A stretch of DNA of 58,933 nt, filler included. It is 7 parts of 7 records of this genome, joined end to end, with 100 filler letters (N's around TTAATTAATTAA, not from the genome) between each part and the next. Parts side by side here need not be neighbours in the genome. Positions count along the whole stretch, not along the records: positions 8,120 to 20,412 come from SRR31156797_49610; 6 more parts are not named here. One strand, written 5' to 3'. The notes beneath the pieces are model-generated. The model was not told the origin of the DNA. It worked only from the letters and a program-made list of their open reading frames with translations, and made no database searches. The translations under genes were made by a program, and so were the position numbers. This document shows positions 9,105-18,593 of the stretch, piece after piece. Each line of letters opens with the position of its first letter. Position 1 is the stretch's first letter.

Positions 9105-10427
9105 CTACTCCTGCTCCGCGATCACCTGATCCATCAACTCCACCAGATCCACCAGCTTCATCCCGCTGTTGATCCGTCTTGCGCCTTCATTCAGGTTGTA
9201 ATGGCAGAACGGACAGATGGAAACCATTTTTTCCGCCCCCGTCCGCATCCCCTCCTCGATCCGTTTGGAGGCGTTCTTGGAGGCCCAGTCTCCGTACCCG
9301 GTCATGACACCCCCTCCCCCGCCACAGCAGTAGGAGTTATCCCGGATCCTCTCCATTTCCGTGAGTTCAACACCGGGGATGGCCTGGAGGAGTTCTCTGG
9401 GGATATCGTAAAGGCACTCTTCCTCGTTCATCCCCACATAAGCCCCTTTCCAGAGCTTTGACCCGTCCTCATCCACCTCGAATTTGTTCAGATGCCTCCC
9501 CGTATGGCAGGGGTCGTGGTAGGTCACCTTCATGGGCAATTCACCGGTAAATTTGAGTTTGCCTTCCTTGAAAAGATCATACAGAAAATCGGTGGTGTGT
9601 ATGACCTTGATCCCCGCCATCATTTTATCATAATCCGCCGCCAGGATGTAATCCTTCTTGATGGCCCGGTAGCAACCGGCACAGGATGTGACAATGGTAT
9701 TCACGCCTCTTTCTTCGTGGAGCCGATGAAACGTTTCCAGGTTCGCTTCAGCCACCCGTTTGAATTCCTCGGCATCACCGATCCGCATGGCGGTGGAACC
9801 GCAGCAGATTTCTTTCTCCCCAAGGATCCCGAAGTCAAGTCCCAGTTTTTGAAATATGGAAGCCGTGGCCGTGGGAACGCCTCTGGCAGGCAGGTTGAAA
9901 GCGCCGGTACACCCCACATAATAAAGGATATCTGCCGGTTTTTTATTAATATTTTTAATCGGTTTTTTGGCTTTTTTAAAAGGACGGGTCCAGTCGGTAC
10001 GGACCCTTCTGGGGCCTTGGTAGGGATTGTTGTAATCCCTCAGGGACTGGGTAATTTTTCTCTGGCTCGGCATGGGACCAACGCCGTCCTGAACAGCCTT
10101 TCGACGCATGGCTTCCATGATTTCAGGAATAAAGGGCTTGTGATCAAGTTCGCATTGATTCTGACAGCCGCCGCAGATGGTGCACTTATACATGGCGTCC
10201 AGGAAATCCTCGGTCCATTCCAGTTCCCCATCCAGTATGCCTCTGGCAAAGGCGATCTTTCCCTTGGAAGCCATCATGCCGTCAAAACCGAACTCCACTC
10301 CGGCAGGACAGATTTCTCCATATTGTGGTGGCGGACCGAACTTATAGGCTGTTTTGCAGTTTCCACAGGCGGTGCAGCGCCATATTTTATCTTCCAACTC
10401 TTCAAGGGTGGATATGTCCCATTCCAT
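9105..10427 (-). CDS. Fe-S oxidoreductase (GlcF/HdrD-like, two CCG domains)
   Basis: CTACGNC..CP and CTICGGCQNQC ferredoxin motifs; ICCGS, CAGC, HDPCH, YCCGGGGG and CPFC. Confidence 0.92.
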   Translation of the reverse strand: MEWDISTLEELEDKIWRCTACGNCKTAYKFGPPPQYGEICPAGVEFGFDGMMASKGKIAFARGILDGELEWTEDFLDAMYKCTICGGCQNQCELDHKPFIPEIMEAMRRKAVQDGVGPMPSQRKITQSLRDYNNPYQGPRRVRTDWTRPFKKAKKPIKNINKKPADILYYVGCTGAFNLPARGVPTATASIFQKLGLDFGILGEKEICCGSTAMRIGDAEEFKRVAEANLETFHRLHEERGVNTIVTSCAGCYRAIKKDYILAADYDKMMAGIKVIHTTDFLYDLFKEGKLKFTGELPMKVTYHDPCHTGRHLNKFEVDEDGSKLWKGAYVGMNEEECLYDIPRELLQAIPGVELTEMERIRDNSYCCGGGGGVMTGYGDWASKNASKRIEEGMRTGAEKMVSICPFCHYNLNEGARRINSGMKLVDLVELMDQVIAEQE

Positions 10428-10442
10428 ATTGACCTCCTTGTA

Positions 10443-10514
10443 AGGGGGACGTTCTTAACTTATTAACTTTTGGACAATACTATTAAAAAGTTAATAAGTT
10501 AAGAACGTCCCCCT
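10443..10514. repeat. Perfect 29-bp inverted repeat (REPIN/MITE-like)
   Basis: AGGGGGACGTTCTTAACTTATTAACTTTT (10443-10471), a 14-nt spacer, then its exact reverse complement (10486-10514). Confidence 0.9.
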
Positions 10515-10520
10515 GAACCG

Positions 10521-11951
10521 TCATATGCCCAGTTTGCCTGAATTCATTATATCGTTGGGATCCAGCAAGTTCTTCACCTGTCTTAATAGGGACAGGTACC
10601 CGGGATGCGCCCGCTTATTGATCTCGGCGGCAAAATCCACAGGCGGTTTGTACGGGATTCCACCTGCATCCAGATCCACTTTGAGACATTCGATAATCGC
10701 CTCTCTCGCGTTTTCCGTTGCCTCTGGACTCTTTTTGTTGAAAGGGATCATGGCCCTCAGCATACCGTAGTGGACCCCTCGATAATTGGTCGCCCGCACG
10801 GAAGGAGAAAGGTTATGATCAATGAGGATCTTTTTCCATTCATTATACACGGGCGCCCATTTGTTTACGGGGGTAAAGGTACCCGGCCAGGAAATGCCGC
10901 CGCCGGCCATTTTGGTATAGTTCTTGGTGGATCCCACAATCTGGCTGGGGAGCTGCGTTCTGGCCTTCAAGGCCTCCTCCGGGTATTCGGCGTATTGGAT
11001 GGAGGTGCCTTTTTTCTGCTCTTCATCCAAGGCCATTTGCCAAATCTCTTCCCGGGCCTCCTTCTCTTTTTCCGTCCACGAAAAGGTCGTGCCGAAGCAG
11101 AACCATTCGGGTGCTCCGTCCGGTTTCGGTATGTAAGGAGAAGGGATGGGAACCTGGGCAAGCCACCAGGAAACAGCGGTCAAATCATCACAGATTTCAT
11201 AATTGCCAAGGTTTCTCATGTACGAAACCATATCCTCGATGTCCCGGGTAGAAACGGTAAATACTTTTAAAACCGGCGGAATGGGGTGAACCCGCAACCC
11301 GATCTTTGTCACCACGCCGCTGGTACCGAGCCATCCCTTGAAAAGCCCGTCCAACTGGGGAAGGGGTAGCACACTGTGCCAGGCATCTTCCTGTATGGCA
11401 CAGGAACCCACACGCACCAGTTCACCGGTGGGCAAAACCACCTCCATGCTGGTAATCTCTTCACTGTTTAATCCGTATCGGCCGCTCAGCCCACCGATGC
11501 CGTGGCTGATGGCGCAGGAGGAAGATGAAGCCGAAGGCGGCCCCACGGGCCAACTCCACCTGAGATTGTACTTGTACAGTTCGGTTGCCAGTTGCGCGTG
11601 TGAGACGCCGGGTTCTATGACGGCGTAATGGCTTTCGTCGTCAATCCTGACAATCTTGTTCATGCGCTTGAGATCCAGGAGAATGCCGCCCTGCTCGGGG
11701 ATACATAATCCGCCGATGTTGGTGCCGGCGGTATAGGGGACAACGGGGATTTTTTCCCGGTTGGCAAACTTCATGATGTTTTGAATCTGTTCAACCGTTG
11801 TGGCCATGACCACATAGTCCGGCAATTTCGGTTTCACAAAGGAAAGGTCATAGGAGTAGGCGTAACGGATATGCTTCGCCGCGGTGGCATTCTCCTTTCC
11901 AACAATCGAAACGAGTTCTTCTAAAATTTTATCTTCTCCCTTAGCAACCAT
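10521..11951 (-). CDS. FAD-binding oxidoreductase (GlcD/VAO-PCMH superfamily)
   Basis: PDYVV..TTVEQI, AGTNIGG, VIEPGV, GTSGVVTK and LDPNDIMNSGKL. ATG at 11951 follows GGAGG. Confidence 0.9.
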   Translation of the reverse strand: MVAKGEDKILEELVSIVGKENATAAKHIRYAYSYDLSFVKPKLPDYVVMATTVEQIQNIMKFANREKIPVVPYTAGTNIGGLCIPEQGGILLDLKRMNKIVRIDDESHYAVIEPGVSHAQLATELYKYNLRWSWPVGPPSASSSSCAISHGIGGLSGRYGLNSEEITSMEVVLPTGELVRVGSCAIQEDAWHSVLPLPQLDGLFKGWLGTSGVVTKIGLRVHPIPPVLKVFTVSTRDIEDMVSYMRNLGNYEICDDLTAVSWWLAQVPIPSPYIPKPDGAPEWFCFGTTFSWTEKEKEAREEIWQMALDEEQKKGTSIQYAEYPEEALKARTQLPSQIVGSTKNYTKMAGGGISWPGTFTPVNKWAPVYNEWKKILIDHNLSPSVRATNYRGVHYGMLRAMIPFNKKSPEATENAREAIIECLKVDLDAGGIPYKPPVDFAAEINKRAHPGYLSLLRQVKNLLDPNDIMNSGKLGI

Positions 11952-12015
11952 CGAACACACCCTCCGTAAATTTTTTCAACCTGTGCCATTGGCAAGGATG
12001 CCGGATTATGGGTAA

Positions 12016-13554
12016 TTATTTAGTATTTTCCGGCATGGAAGAGATGGTTCCGTCCCAGGTATCCACCTTCCCGGTTACTTCCGTATCCTCCGGAAACCAG
12101 GTGGCGGTGACGTTTTTCTGCTCCGTAAAAAAGCGGACCCCATCCATCCCCATGACGTGGAGATCGCCGAAAAAGGAATCCTTGTGGCCGGTAAATCCAA
12201 AGATACCGAGAGGTACCGGAATCCCCACATTAATCCCCACCATCCCCGCATGGGTCCTTTTTGAAAATTCCCGGGCATAATAGCCGTTTTGCGTATAGAT
12301 CACGGAACCGTTGGCAAATGGACTCGCGTTCATGATGGCAAGCCCCTCTTCAAAGTCTTTCACCCTTTTGATACAGAGGACCGGCCCAAAAATTTCATCA
12401 TGGCCCACGGACATCTCCTCCGTCACATGATCAAAAATGGAAGGCGCCAGGAAAAACCCGTTTTCATATCCGGGGACCACGGGATTCCTGCCGTCCACGA
12501 TGAGTTCGGCGCCTTCGTCCACACCTTTCTGGATCCAGTCGGTGACGAACTTCAGGTGCCCTTCATTCATGATGGGGCCCATTCCCGTTTCAGGATCGTA
12601 AGCCGGACCCAAATTTAATTCGCCCACGAATTTCTTGAGGAGCACGATGAGATCATCGGCGATACAATCCTCCACCACAACCACCGGACAGGCCATGCAT
12701 CGGGCCCCGGCGCATCCACAGTAGGCGTTGATAATACCCCTTGCGGTCCTTTCCAGTTTACAGTCCCGAAGCACCAGGGCATGGTTTTTGGCCTCGGTCA
12801 ATGCCTGAACGCGTTTCCCGTTGGCCGCCGCCGTGGCGTAGATGTGTCTGCCCACCTTGGTTGAACCCACAAAGGAGACCCCCTTAATGTCAGGATGTTT
12901 CAGAAGGATTTCCGCTTCATTCCGGCTTGTGGTGACCAGATTGATCACCCCGTCCGGAAGCCCTGCTTCCTGCCAGAGTTCCAGCAGACGCATGGAAGTT
13001 TCGGGAACAAAACTGGCCGCCTTCAGAACAATGGTATTTCCCGTGGCGATACAGAGCGGCGTCATCCAGCCGTGGGGGATCATGGCCGGAAAGTTCCAGG
13101 GGGCAATACCTGCAAAAACACCCAAAGGATGATTGTACATGACCGTGTCATACCCCGAACTCACGTTCATGCCCGAAACGCCTTTCATGAGGTGAGGGAT
13201 ACCGCAGGCAAACTCCACAACCTCGTTCACCTTCAGGACATCCCCCATGGACTCACTCCAGTTTTTACCCTCTTCCTTGCACAACAGATGGGTCAGCTCT
13301 TCCAGGTGTTTATCCACCAGGGCCTTCATGCGATACAGTACCTGCACACGCTTGGATGCAGGCGTCTCGGACCATCCGGGAAAAGCCGCTTTGGCGGCTG
13401 CGATGGCCGATTCCACCTCTTCGGAGGTACAACACGGCGCTTTTGCGATAACCTCACCCGTGGAAGGGTTATAGCAATCCATGTATTTTTCGGTTTTGGA
13501 CTCCAGCCATTGACCACCGACACAATATTTCAATTTTTTGGGTTCTTCGGACAT
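12016..13554 (-). CDS. mmsA: CoA-acylating (methyl)malonate-semialdehyde dehydrogenase
   Basis: PWNFPAMIP, SFVGST, KRVQALTEAKNH, catalytic GARCMA, EIFGPV, GINVGIPVP and SFFGDLH. Confidence 0.92.
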   Translation of the reverse strand: MSEEPKKLKYCVGGQWLESKTEKYMDCYNPSTGEVIAKAPCCTSEEVESAIAAAKAAFPGWSETPASKRVQVLYRMKALVDKHLEELTHLLCKEEGKNWSESMGDVLKVNEVVEFACGIPHLMKGVSGMNVSSGYDTVMYNHPLGVFAGIAPWNFPAMIPHGWMTPLCIATGNTIVLKAASFVPETSMRLLELWQEAGLPDGVINLVTTSRNEAEILLKHPDIKGVSFVGSTKVGRHIYATAAANGKRVQALTEAKNHALVLRDCKLERTARGIINAYCGCAGARCMACPVVVVEDCIADDLIVLLKKFVGELNLGPAYDPETGMGPIMNEGHLKFVTDWIQKGVDEGAELIVDGRNPVVPGYENGFFLAPSIFDHVTEEMSVGHDEIFGPVLCIKRVKDFEEGLAIMNASPFANGSVIYTQNGYYAREFSKRTHAGMVGINVGIPVPLGIFGFTGHKDSFFGDLHVMGMDGVRFFTEQKNVTATWFPEDTEVTGKVDTWDGTISSMPENTK

Positions 13555-13609
13555 GGTCTTCTCCTTAAAAAGTATTTATTTACAAGTGCTCACGGGCCCC
13601 ATGCTCGGC

Positions 13610-14485
13610 CTAATGACCGCCGTCCCTGTCCACCACAAGACAGAGCTTTCCCGATCCTACTCTTTTTAGCAACGCCCCTTCCCTCTTAAGGCAGGGGTCG
13701 GTCTCGTCCACAAAACGCGCCTTCATGTTCAATCCCAGGTGAAGACCGCTGAGGGAAATATTCTTCCTCAACTCCAGGGAATCGAAAGGGATGCTGCCAT
13801 CCACCTTGCATAGCTGTTCTCCCACGTGCAGAAGATCGTTTGTCATGGCAATCCCGGCCGCGACCGGATCCTTTTGAATCAGGCATTCCAGGATAATCTC
13901 ATGCGCTTCTCGAACTTCAGTGTAAAATTCAGGTCCCAGATCGAGACGGCCCTTTATGTCTTCCAGAAGATTATCGATAAAATCAATGATCAGAATAAGA
14001 AGCGTGTTTCCCGCCATTCTGGCCACATACCGATGAAATCCGATCTCCTTGGAAAGCTCGGATCCGGCGGGCTCGATCGGTCCTCCTATGATTTCCTTTA
14101 GTTTCAGCACATCTTTATCGGTTATCACGGATGCGGCAATCTGCGCCACGGCCGGTTCGATCAAATAACGGAGCATGGTGATTTCCCGGATGGAAACCGG
14201 TTGGAAATGGACAAAATTGATGAGGCTGTGAATGGTGGTCCGCATGTCCACTTTCGCAACAAATGCCCCGCCGGCAATCCCTTTCCGCACTTCAATCAGC
14301 CCGAGGACCTCCAGCACACGGAGCGCTTCCCGCATGGTCGCCTTGCTCACCTCGAATTGCCCCATGAGTTCTTTTTCCGAGGCCAGTTTGTCCCCGGGTT
14401 TAAGCTGCCCCGAAAGGATCGCATCCCGGATCTGGGCGATGATTTTATCGGATACTTTTTCAGATTTGCTGGCGGTCTTGAACAT
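13610..14485 (-). CDS. GntR/FadR family transcriptional regulator
   Basis: wHTH GQLKPGDKLASEKELMGQFEVSKATMREALRVLE plus an FCD domain (FHRYVA..AGN). Confidence 0.93.
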   Translation of the reverse strand: MFKTASKSEKVSDKIIAQIRDAILSGQLKPGDKLASEKELMGQFEVSKATMREALRVLEVLGLIEVRKGIAGGAFVAKVDMRTTIHSLINFVHFQPVSIREITMLRYLIEPAVAQIAASVITDKDVLKLKEIIGGPIEPAGSELSKEIGFHRYVARMAGNTLLILIIDFIDNLLEDIKGRLDLGPEFYTEVREAHEIILECLIQKDPVAAGIAMTNDLLHVGEQLCKVDGSIPFDSLELRKNISLSGLHLGLNMKARFVDETDPCLKREGALLKRVGSGKLCLVVDRDGGH

Positions 14486-14524
14486 AATGGCGATTGCGCA
14501 AAAACGGGTTTCTAATTACTCCCA

Positions 14525-14639
14525 TGAATACAGAAGTGAAAAAGTCGTGTCAAGGAAAATATTATAATATTTGCAATATACTAAATATTGTAAATGTTAT
14601 AAAATATCATTTGACTTTCTTCCGAACCCCATATATGAA
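14525..14639. promoter_or_regulatory. Divergent sigma70-like promoters around an AT-rich palindrome
   Basis: Minus strand: TTGACA (14553-14548)-17-TATTCA. Plus strand: TTGACT (14611)-17-TATGAA. 18-bp arms at 14562-14579 and 14585-14602 pair at 16/18. Confidence 0.55.
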
Positions 14640-14728
14640 TATATGCTAAAAATAAGGGAATAATATTTTTTTCACGTCATATCAGGGATATAAACAGGAC
14701 ACCTTTTACACTAGGGAGGGATCTTTTT

Positions 14729-15082
14729 ATGGGAATACAGATAGACGCGTTAAAATGTACCGCCTGCATGGCCTGTGAGCTGGCCTGCGGATATCACCGG
14801 GACGACGCCTTCGCCCTTCTCTCATCATGCATCGTGCCTTACCGGGGACGTGAGAAGAAGAATTATGTGGGTATCATCTTAAAAGAGGAGGACAGCCTGG
14901 TGGCTGCCCGCCCCGAAGGTATTGAAATCAACCGGATCGGCGAAGAACAGGATCCTGATAAAGAGGCGGATGCTTCCGCAAAACCGATGTTGCTTCGTGA
15001 ATCGTGCGATCTCTGCGATGATGTGGACGATGGCCCGCTATGCATTGTATTCTGTCCAACAGGTGCCATTTCCATGGCCTAA
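14729..15082 (+). CDS. 4Fe-4S dicluster ferredoxin-like protein
   Basis: CTACMACELAC and CDLC...PLCIVFCP; GGAGG SD. Confidence 0.85.
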   Translation: MGIQIDALKCTACMACELACGYHRDDAFALLSSCIVPYRGREKKNYVGIILKEEDSLVAARPEGIEINRIGEEQDPDKEADASAKPMLLRESCDLCDDVDDGPLCIVFCPTGAISMA

Positions 15083-15107
15083 ACATAGGGAGAAAGGAGA
15101 TACATTA

Positions 15108-16406
15108 ATGGAATATCTGGCATCCGACAAAATCGCCATCGTGGACCTGGGTACCCGAAATATCACCGAAGAGGAACTGGACGAGGATCTCGTTCTGGAT
15201 AAAATCGGAGGGGCCGGCATCACGAAATATCTCTATGATCAACATGCATCCGACCATCCTACGGGAAATGGGCCCATTGTCCTGGGAACCGGGTTACTGA
15301 CCGGGACACTGGTTCCCGGCGCATCCTTAGGCGTCATAACCGCCAAAAGCCCTTCAACGGGAAAAATCTCCCATGTCCCCTTGAATCTGGATGCGGGCAT
15401 GGAGCTGAAATATTCCGGTTTTGACTATATGGTCATCAAAGGGAGCGCCGACAAACCCGTATACTTGTGGATTCATGACGGCATATTGGACATTAACGAC
15501 GCGGATGACCTATGGGGAAAAGATACCTGGGCCGCCACGGATCATATCCGCAGTGAAATGGGAGACGACCTGATCCAGGTCATCGGCATCGGTCAGGCCG
15601 GGGAAAACGGCTCGGATCTGGCCCAGATCGGCATTAACTACTGGCAAAGCGCGGACAGGATGGGTTTCGGAAAATTATTCGGCGAAAAAAACCTGAAACT
15701 CATGGCCATTCGCGGAATGGGACTTCTGGAAATATCCGAACCTGAAGATTTCATGGAAGAGTGCGCGGAACTGATTGCCGCCGTTCGCGCCAACCCCACC
15801 ACCCAGCAGGGGATTGCCGCGGCAGCCGCAGCACTGGGGGAAGAAGATCTGAGCGACTGGCTCGATCCGTTGACCCACCGTCACATGGCCTGTTTTAACA
15901 CGCCCGTGGCCACCAACACCTTTATTTTTACCCATGAGGACCCTTCCCTTCTGAAAGAAACCGCCGTAACGGAACCGGGGTTTCTGCTCACCGACATATT
16001 TCCCCTGGTCACGTTCAAAAAAGCGGGACTTTCCGCAAAAGACGCAGGAATGGTTCTCAAGGCCTGTGCCAAATACGGAATTGACGGGGCCGCCGTGGCG
16101 GAACTGAGCGCAAAATCCGGCCTCACGGACCCTGCGGAAATTGAAAAGACTTTTCCGAATCTTACGGGTCCCGTGGAAAGCAGCGGTGGAAGCGTCTTCA
16201 GTCCCTGGGCCGCCGTGGGCCGGGACATTAACGAAAACTGGGAAAGACGCCAGGCGGTGGCCTATATCCTGGGACTTCACCCCCTATGGCTTCAAATGGC
16301 CACCGAACTCACGGAAGATAAGCTTTTGGATCTGGCGGGACTCGGTACGGAAATGGAGTTCACCCCTGACACGCTGGATGAAGTAATAGGGGATATCTTG
16401 GCTTAA
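15108..16406 (+). CDS. Aldehyde:ferredoxin oxidoreductase-like protein (shortened, Fe-S ligands degenerate)
   Basis: ATG at 15108 after AAGGAG. AOR N-domain motifs IGGAG, GLLTGT, KSPSTG, ELKYSGFD, IGQAGENG and GEKNLK. 432 aa. Confidence 0.8.
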   Translation: MEYLASDKIAIVDLGTRNITEEELDEDLVLDKIGGAGITKYLYDQHASDHPTGNGPIVLGTGLLTGTLVPGASLGVITAKSPSTGKISHVPLNLDAGMELKYSGFDYMVIKGSADKPVYLWIHDGILDINDADDLWGKDTWAATDHIRSEMGDDLIQVIGIGQAGENGSDLAQIGINYWQSADRMGFGKLFGEKNLKLMAIRGMGLLEISEPEDFMEECAELIAAVRANPTTQQGIAAAAAALGEEDLSDWLDPLTHRHMACFNTPVATNTFIFTHEDPSLLKETAVTEPGFLLTDIFPLVTFKKAGLSAKDAGMVLKACAKYGIDGAAVAELSAKSGLTDPAEIEKTFPNLTGPVESSGGSVFSPWAAVGRDINENWERRQAVAYILGLHPLWLQMATELTEDKLLDLAGLGTEMEFTPDTLDEVIGDILA

Positions 16407-16467
16407 AAATTTCGGAAAATCCAAACGCAAAGCAGCTCTAATTTGGGCTTCACGGCGACTAAAACAG

Positions 16468-17694
16468 ATGGAATCCAGGCGTCAGGAGACAGAATTCAGA
16501 ATTCCGAGAATCGGGGTCTACACCGGCAAAGGCGCTTCCCATTCATGGCTCTGGTTCGTTGAGGTCTTTGAGCGGCTGGGATTCTACCATCTCCGCTTTT
16601 TGACGGAAACGGACCTGGCGTGCGGTGGTCTTGAGGATGTGGATGTTCTGGCGGTTTCCGGAGGCGACACATTTGCCATCGCAGAAGCCCTGGGACCCCA
16701 AGGCGCAGACAGGCTCAAAACATTTATCACCCGGGGAGGCCTATATGTGGGATCCTGCGCGGGCGCCTATCTGCCCCTCAATTCTTCCAAGGAACATTTG
16801 AATCACTTTAATTTTGTTTCCGCCAAGATTACCAATCTGACCAAGACCCTCCCCCGAGCCCACGGCATGAAGGAAAAATTCTGCACCTGTTACGGGTGTT
16901 CCTTTATTTTCCACGCCGTGAGAGAGGCGGTGGAAGTCACCACCACCGGCATCCCCCCTTTCGGAACACCCACGACCTTTACGGCACCCCTCTACGGGGG
17001 ACCTCCCATGACCGCCACCAACCCTGCATCCATTCTCGCCACCTACACCGACTTCACCCATAAAACACTTTTCCTGGTGGATCGAACCCTTGCGGAAAAG
17101 ACCCTTTTGGGAAACGCCGCAGTCATCCGGGAAAAAATGGGACACGGGCACCTTCATCTGTTCGGACCCCATTTTGAACATCCCCATTTTGGGGAAGCCA
17201 ATCTTTTTTTGGCAAATGCCATGATGTGGGATCTGCCCCATCAAAGGGTCCCTGTGGAAAACCCGGAAGATGGGATATCCATTCTCGCGGGTTCGGAGAA
17301 AAAAGGATTCATCCGGAATCTTAAAAGGGAATTGAGCAATTCAAGAATTGTGGCGGCAGGGCTTGAAATGATCCCCCTCAAATGGACCATCGGCAACAAA
17401 GTCTACGAAACCGGTAAGATCCGCGTGTTCCTGGAAGCCCTGTGGCAACGCATCAGATCCTTTGATAAGGGCGCATATATTCTGGTACGTGCGGGTGAGG
17501 ATGACAATCTGGTTCACACGGCCTTGCAGGTTACGGAAAACATCCGACAAATCAAAAAAGGGTGGGACCGAAAAACGGACACCCTGGAAAGTGCCACGGC
17601 GCTGTTTGGGCTTTTGAACAAAACCAGCGCCCTTTTTCTGGAAATTTACTTCAGAAGCAAATTATTTCATCCAGTTCGGGAAAATCGAATATGA
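16468..17694 (+). CDS. BPL-N domain (class I glutamine amidotransferase-like) protein
   Basis: IGVYTGKGA, VSGGD, YVGSCAGAY nucleophile elbow and GPHFE. Confidence 0.8.
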   Translation: MESRRQETEFRIPRIGVYTGKGASHSWLWFVEVFERLGFYHLRFLTETDLACGGLEDVDVLAVSGGDTFAIAEALGPQGADRLKTFITRGGLYVGSCAGAYLPLNSSKEHLNHFNFVSAKITNLTKTLPRAHGMKEKFCTCYGCSFIFHAVREAVEVTTTGIPPFGTPTTFTAPLYGGPPMTATNPASILATYTDFTHKTLFLVDRTLAEKTLLGNAAVIREKMGHGHLHLFGPHFEHPHFGEANLFLANAMMWDLPHQRVPVENPEDGISILAGSEKKGFIRNLKRELSNSRIVAAGLEMIPLKWTIGNKVYETGKIRVFLEALWQRIRSFDKGAYILVRAGEDDNLVHTALQVTENIRQIKKGWDRKTDTLESATALFGLLNKTSALFLEIYFRSKLFHPVRENRI

Positions 17695-18593
17695 ACGTTT
17701 TCATGGTAAAATTAAAAAAATGGTTGCCGGAACAGAAACCGTTCGGGCGGAAGCTCCTTTTTTGTTTGACGCTTTCCGTGGCCCTGCTGGGCTCCCCATC
17801 CCCTGAAGCCGCCGTCACACCGGATGAACAACCGGGATGGTTTGTCAATATGAATCGTTTTGCCGCGTCCGCCCATGGCACATTTTCCTGTGAACAATGT
17901 CACGGGGATATGAAACAGGGTACCACCATGCATCCCGACTCGGAAGACCCCGCTTTTCTGAAGATGGATGCCAACCGCCAATACGACTACCAGCGCTGCA
18001 AATCCTGCCACAATCCTTCATATGAGCAATACCTTCAGGGGGCTCACGCAAAGGCGCTCTTAAAACAACGGACCGATTCCACCGCCGCATCCGGTGAACT
18101 CCCTGAAGGCAAAAGAGCACCCACCTGCGGCAATTGTCATTCGGGCCATTACGTCAAAAGTCACCTGTCCCGCGTTGAAATCGGTCGTGAAATGGTTTCC
18201 GTCTGCGGCGCGTGCCACCCGGCCCAGGCTGCCACATACCTGGATAACTACCACGGCAAAGCCGCCGTGAACCTGGGGGATAAAAATGCGGCCCTCTGCA
18301 CCGATTGCCACGGCGCGCACCACTGCCGATCCCTCAAAGATAAAAAAGAAGCCCTTGCCGCCTGCAAGCGGTGTCACCCCGGGGCAACGGAAGGATTTAC
18401 CCAGGTGGTCATCCATAACACCACCCGGGATCTGCCTGAAAACGACAGGGAGAAAAGAGCCAAGGTAGCCCTTATCCGGGTGGTTACCGTGTTCATGACC
18501 ATCCTGGTGATCCTGGTGGTGGGCTTCTTTTACGGCCACAGCTTCATCTGGATTTTACGGGAACTTCACGAAAAATTGAGGAAACATAAATGA
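17691..18593 (+). CDS. Membrane-anchored hexaheme cytochrome c
   Basis: Six CxxCH motifs (CEQCH, CKSCH, CGNCH, CGACH, CTDCH, CKRCH), a signal peptide and a C-terminal TM helix. ATGA overlap at 17691. Confidence 0.9.
   Translation: MNVFMVKLKKWLPEQKPFGRKLLFCLTLSVALLGSPSPEAAVTPDEQPGWFVNMNRFAASAHGTFSCEQCHGDMKQGTTMHPDSEDPAFLKMDANRQYDYQRCKSCHNPSYEQYLQGAHAKALLKQRTDSTAASGELPEGKRAPTCGNCHSGHYVKSHLSRVEIGREMVSVCGACHPAQAATYLDNYHGKAAVNLGDKNAALCTDCHGAHHCRSLKDKKEALAACKRCHPGATEGFTQVVIHNTTRDLPENDREKRAKVALIRVVTVFMTILVILVVGFFYGHSFIWILRELHEKLRKHK

Noticed and set aside
14922-15107. N-terminal extension of the AOR-like ORF; similar extensions at 17562, 45466, 47876 and 49390
   Set aside because: They overlap upstream genes or promoters. 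Downstream starts with an SD, stop-start coupling or a signal peptide fit better.
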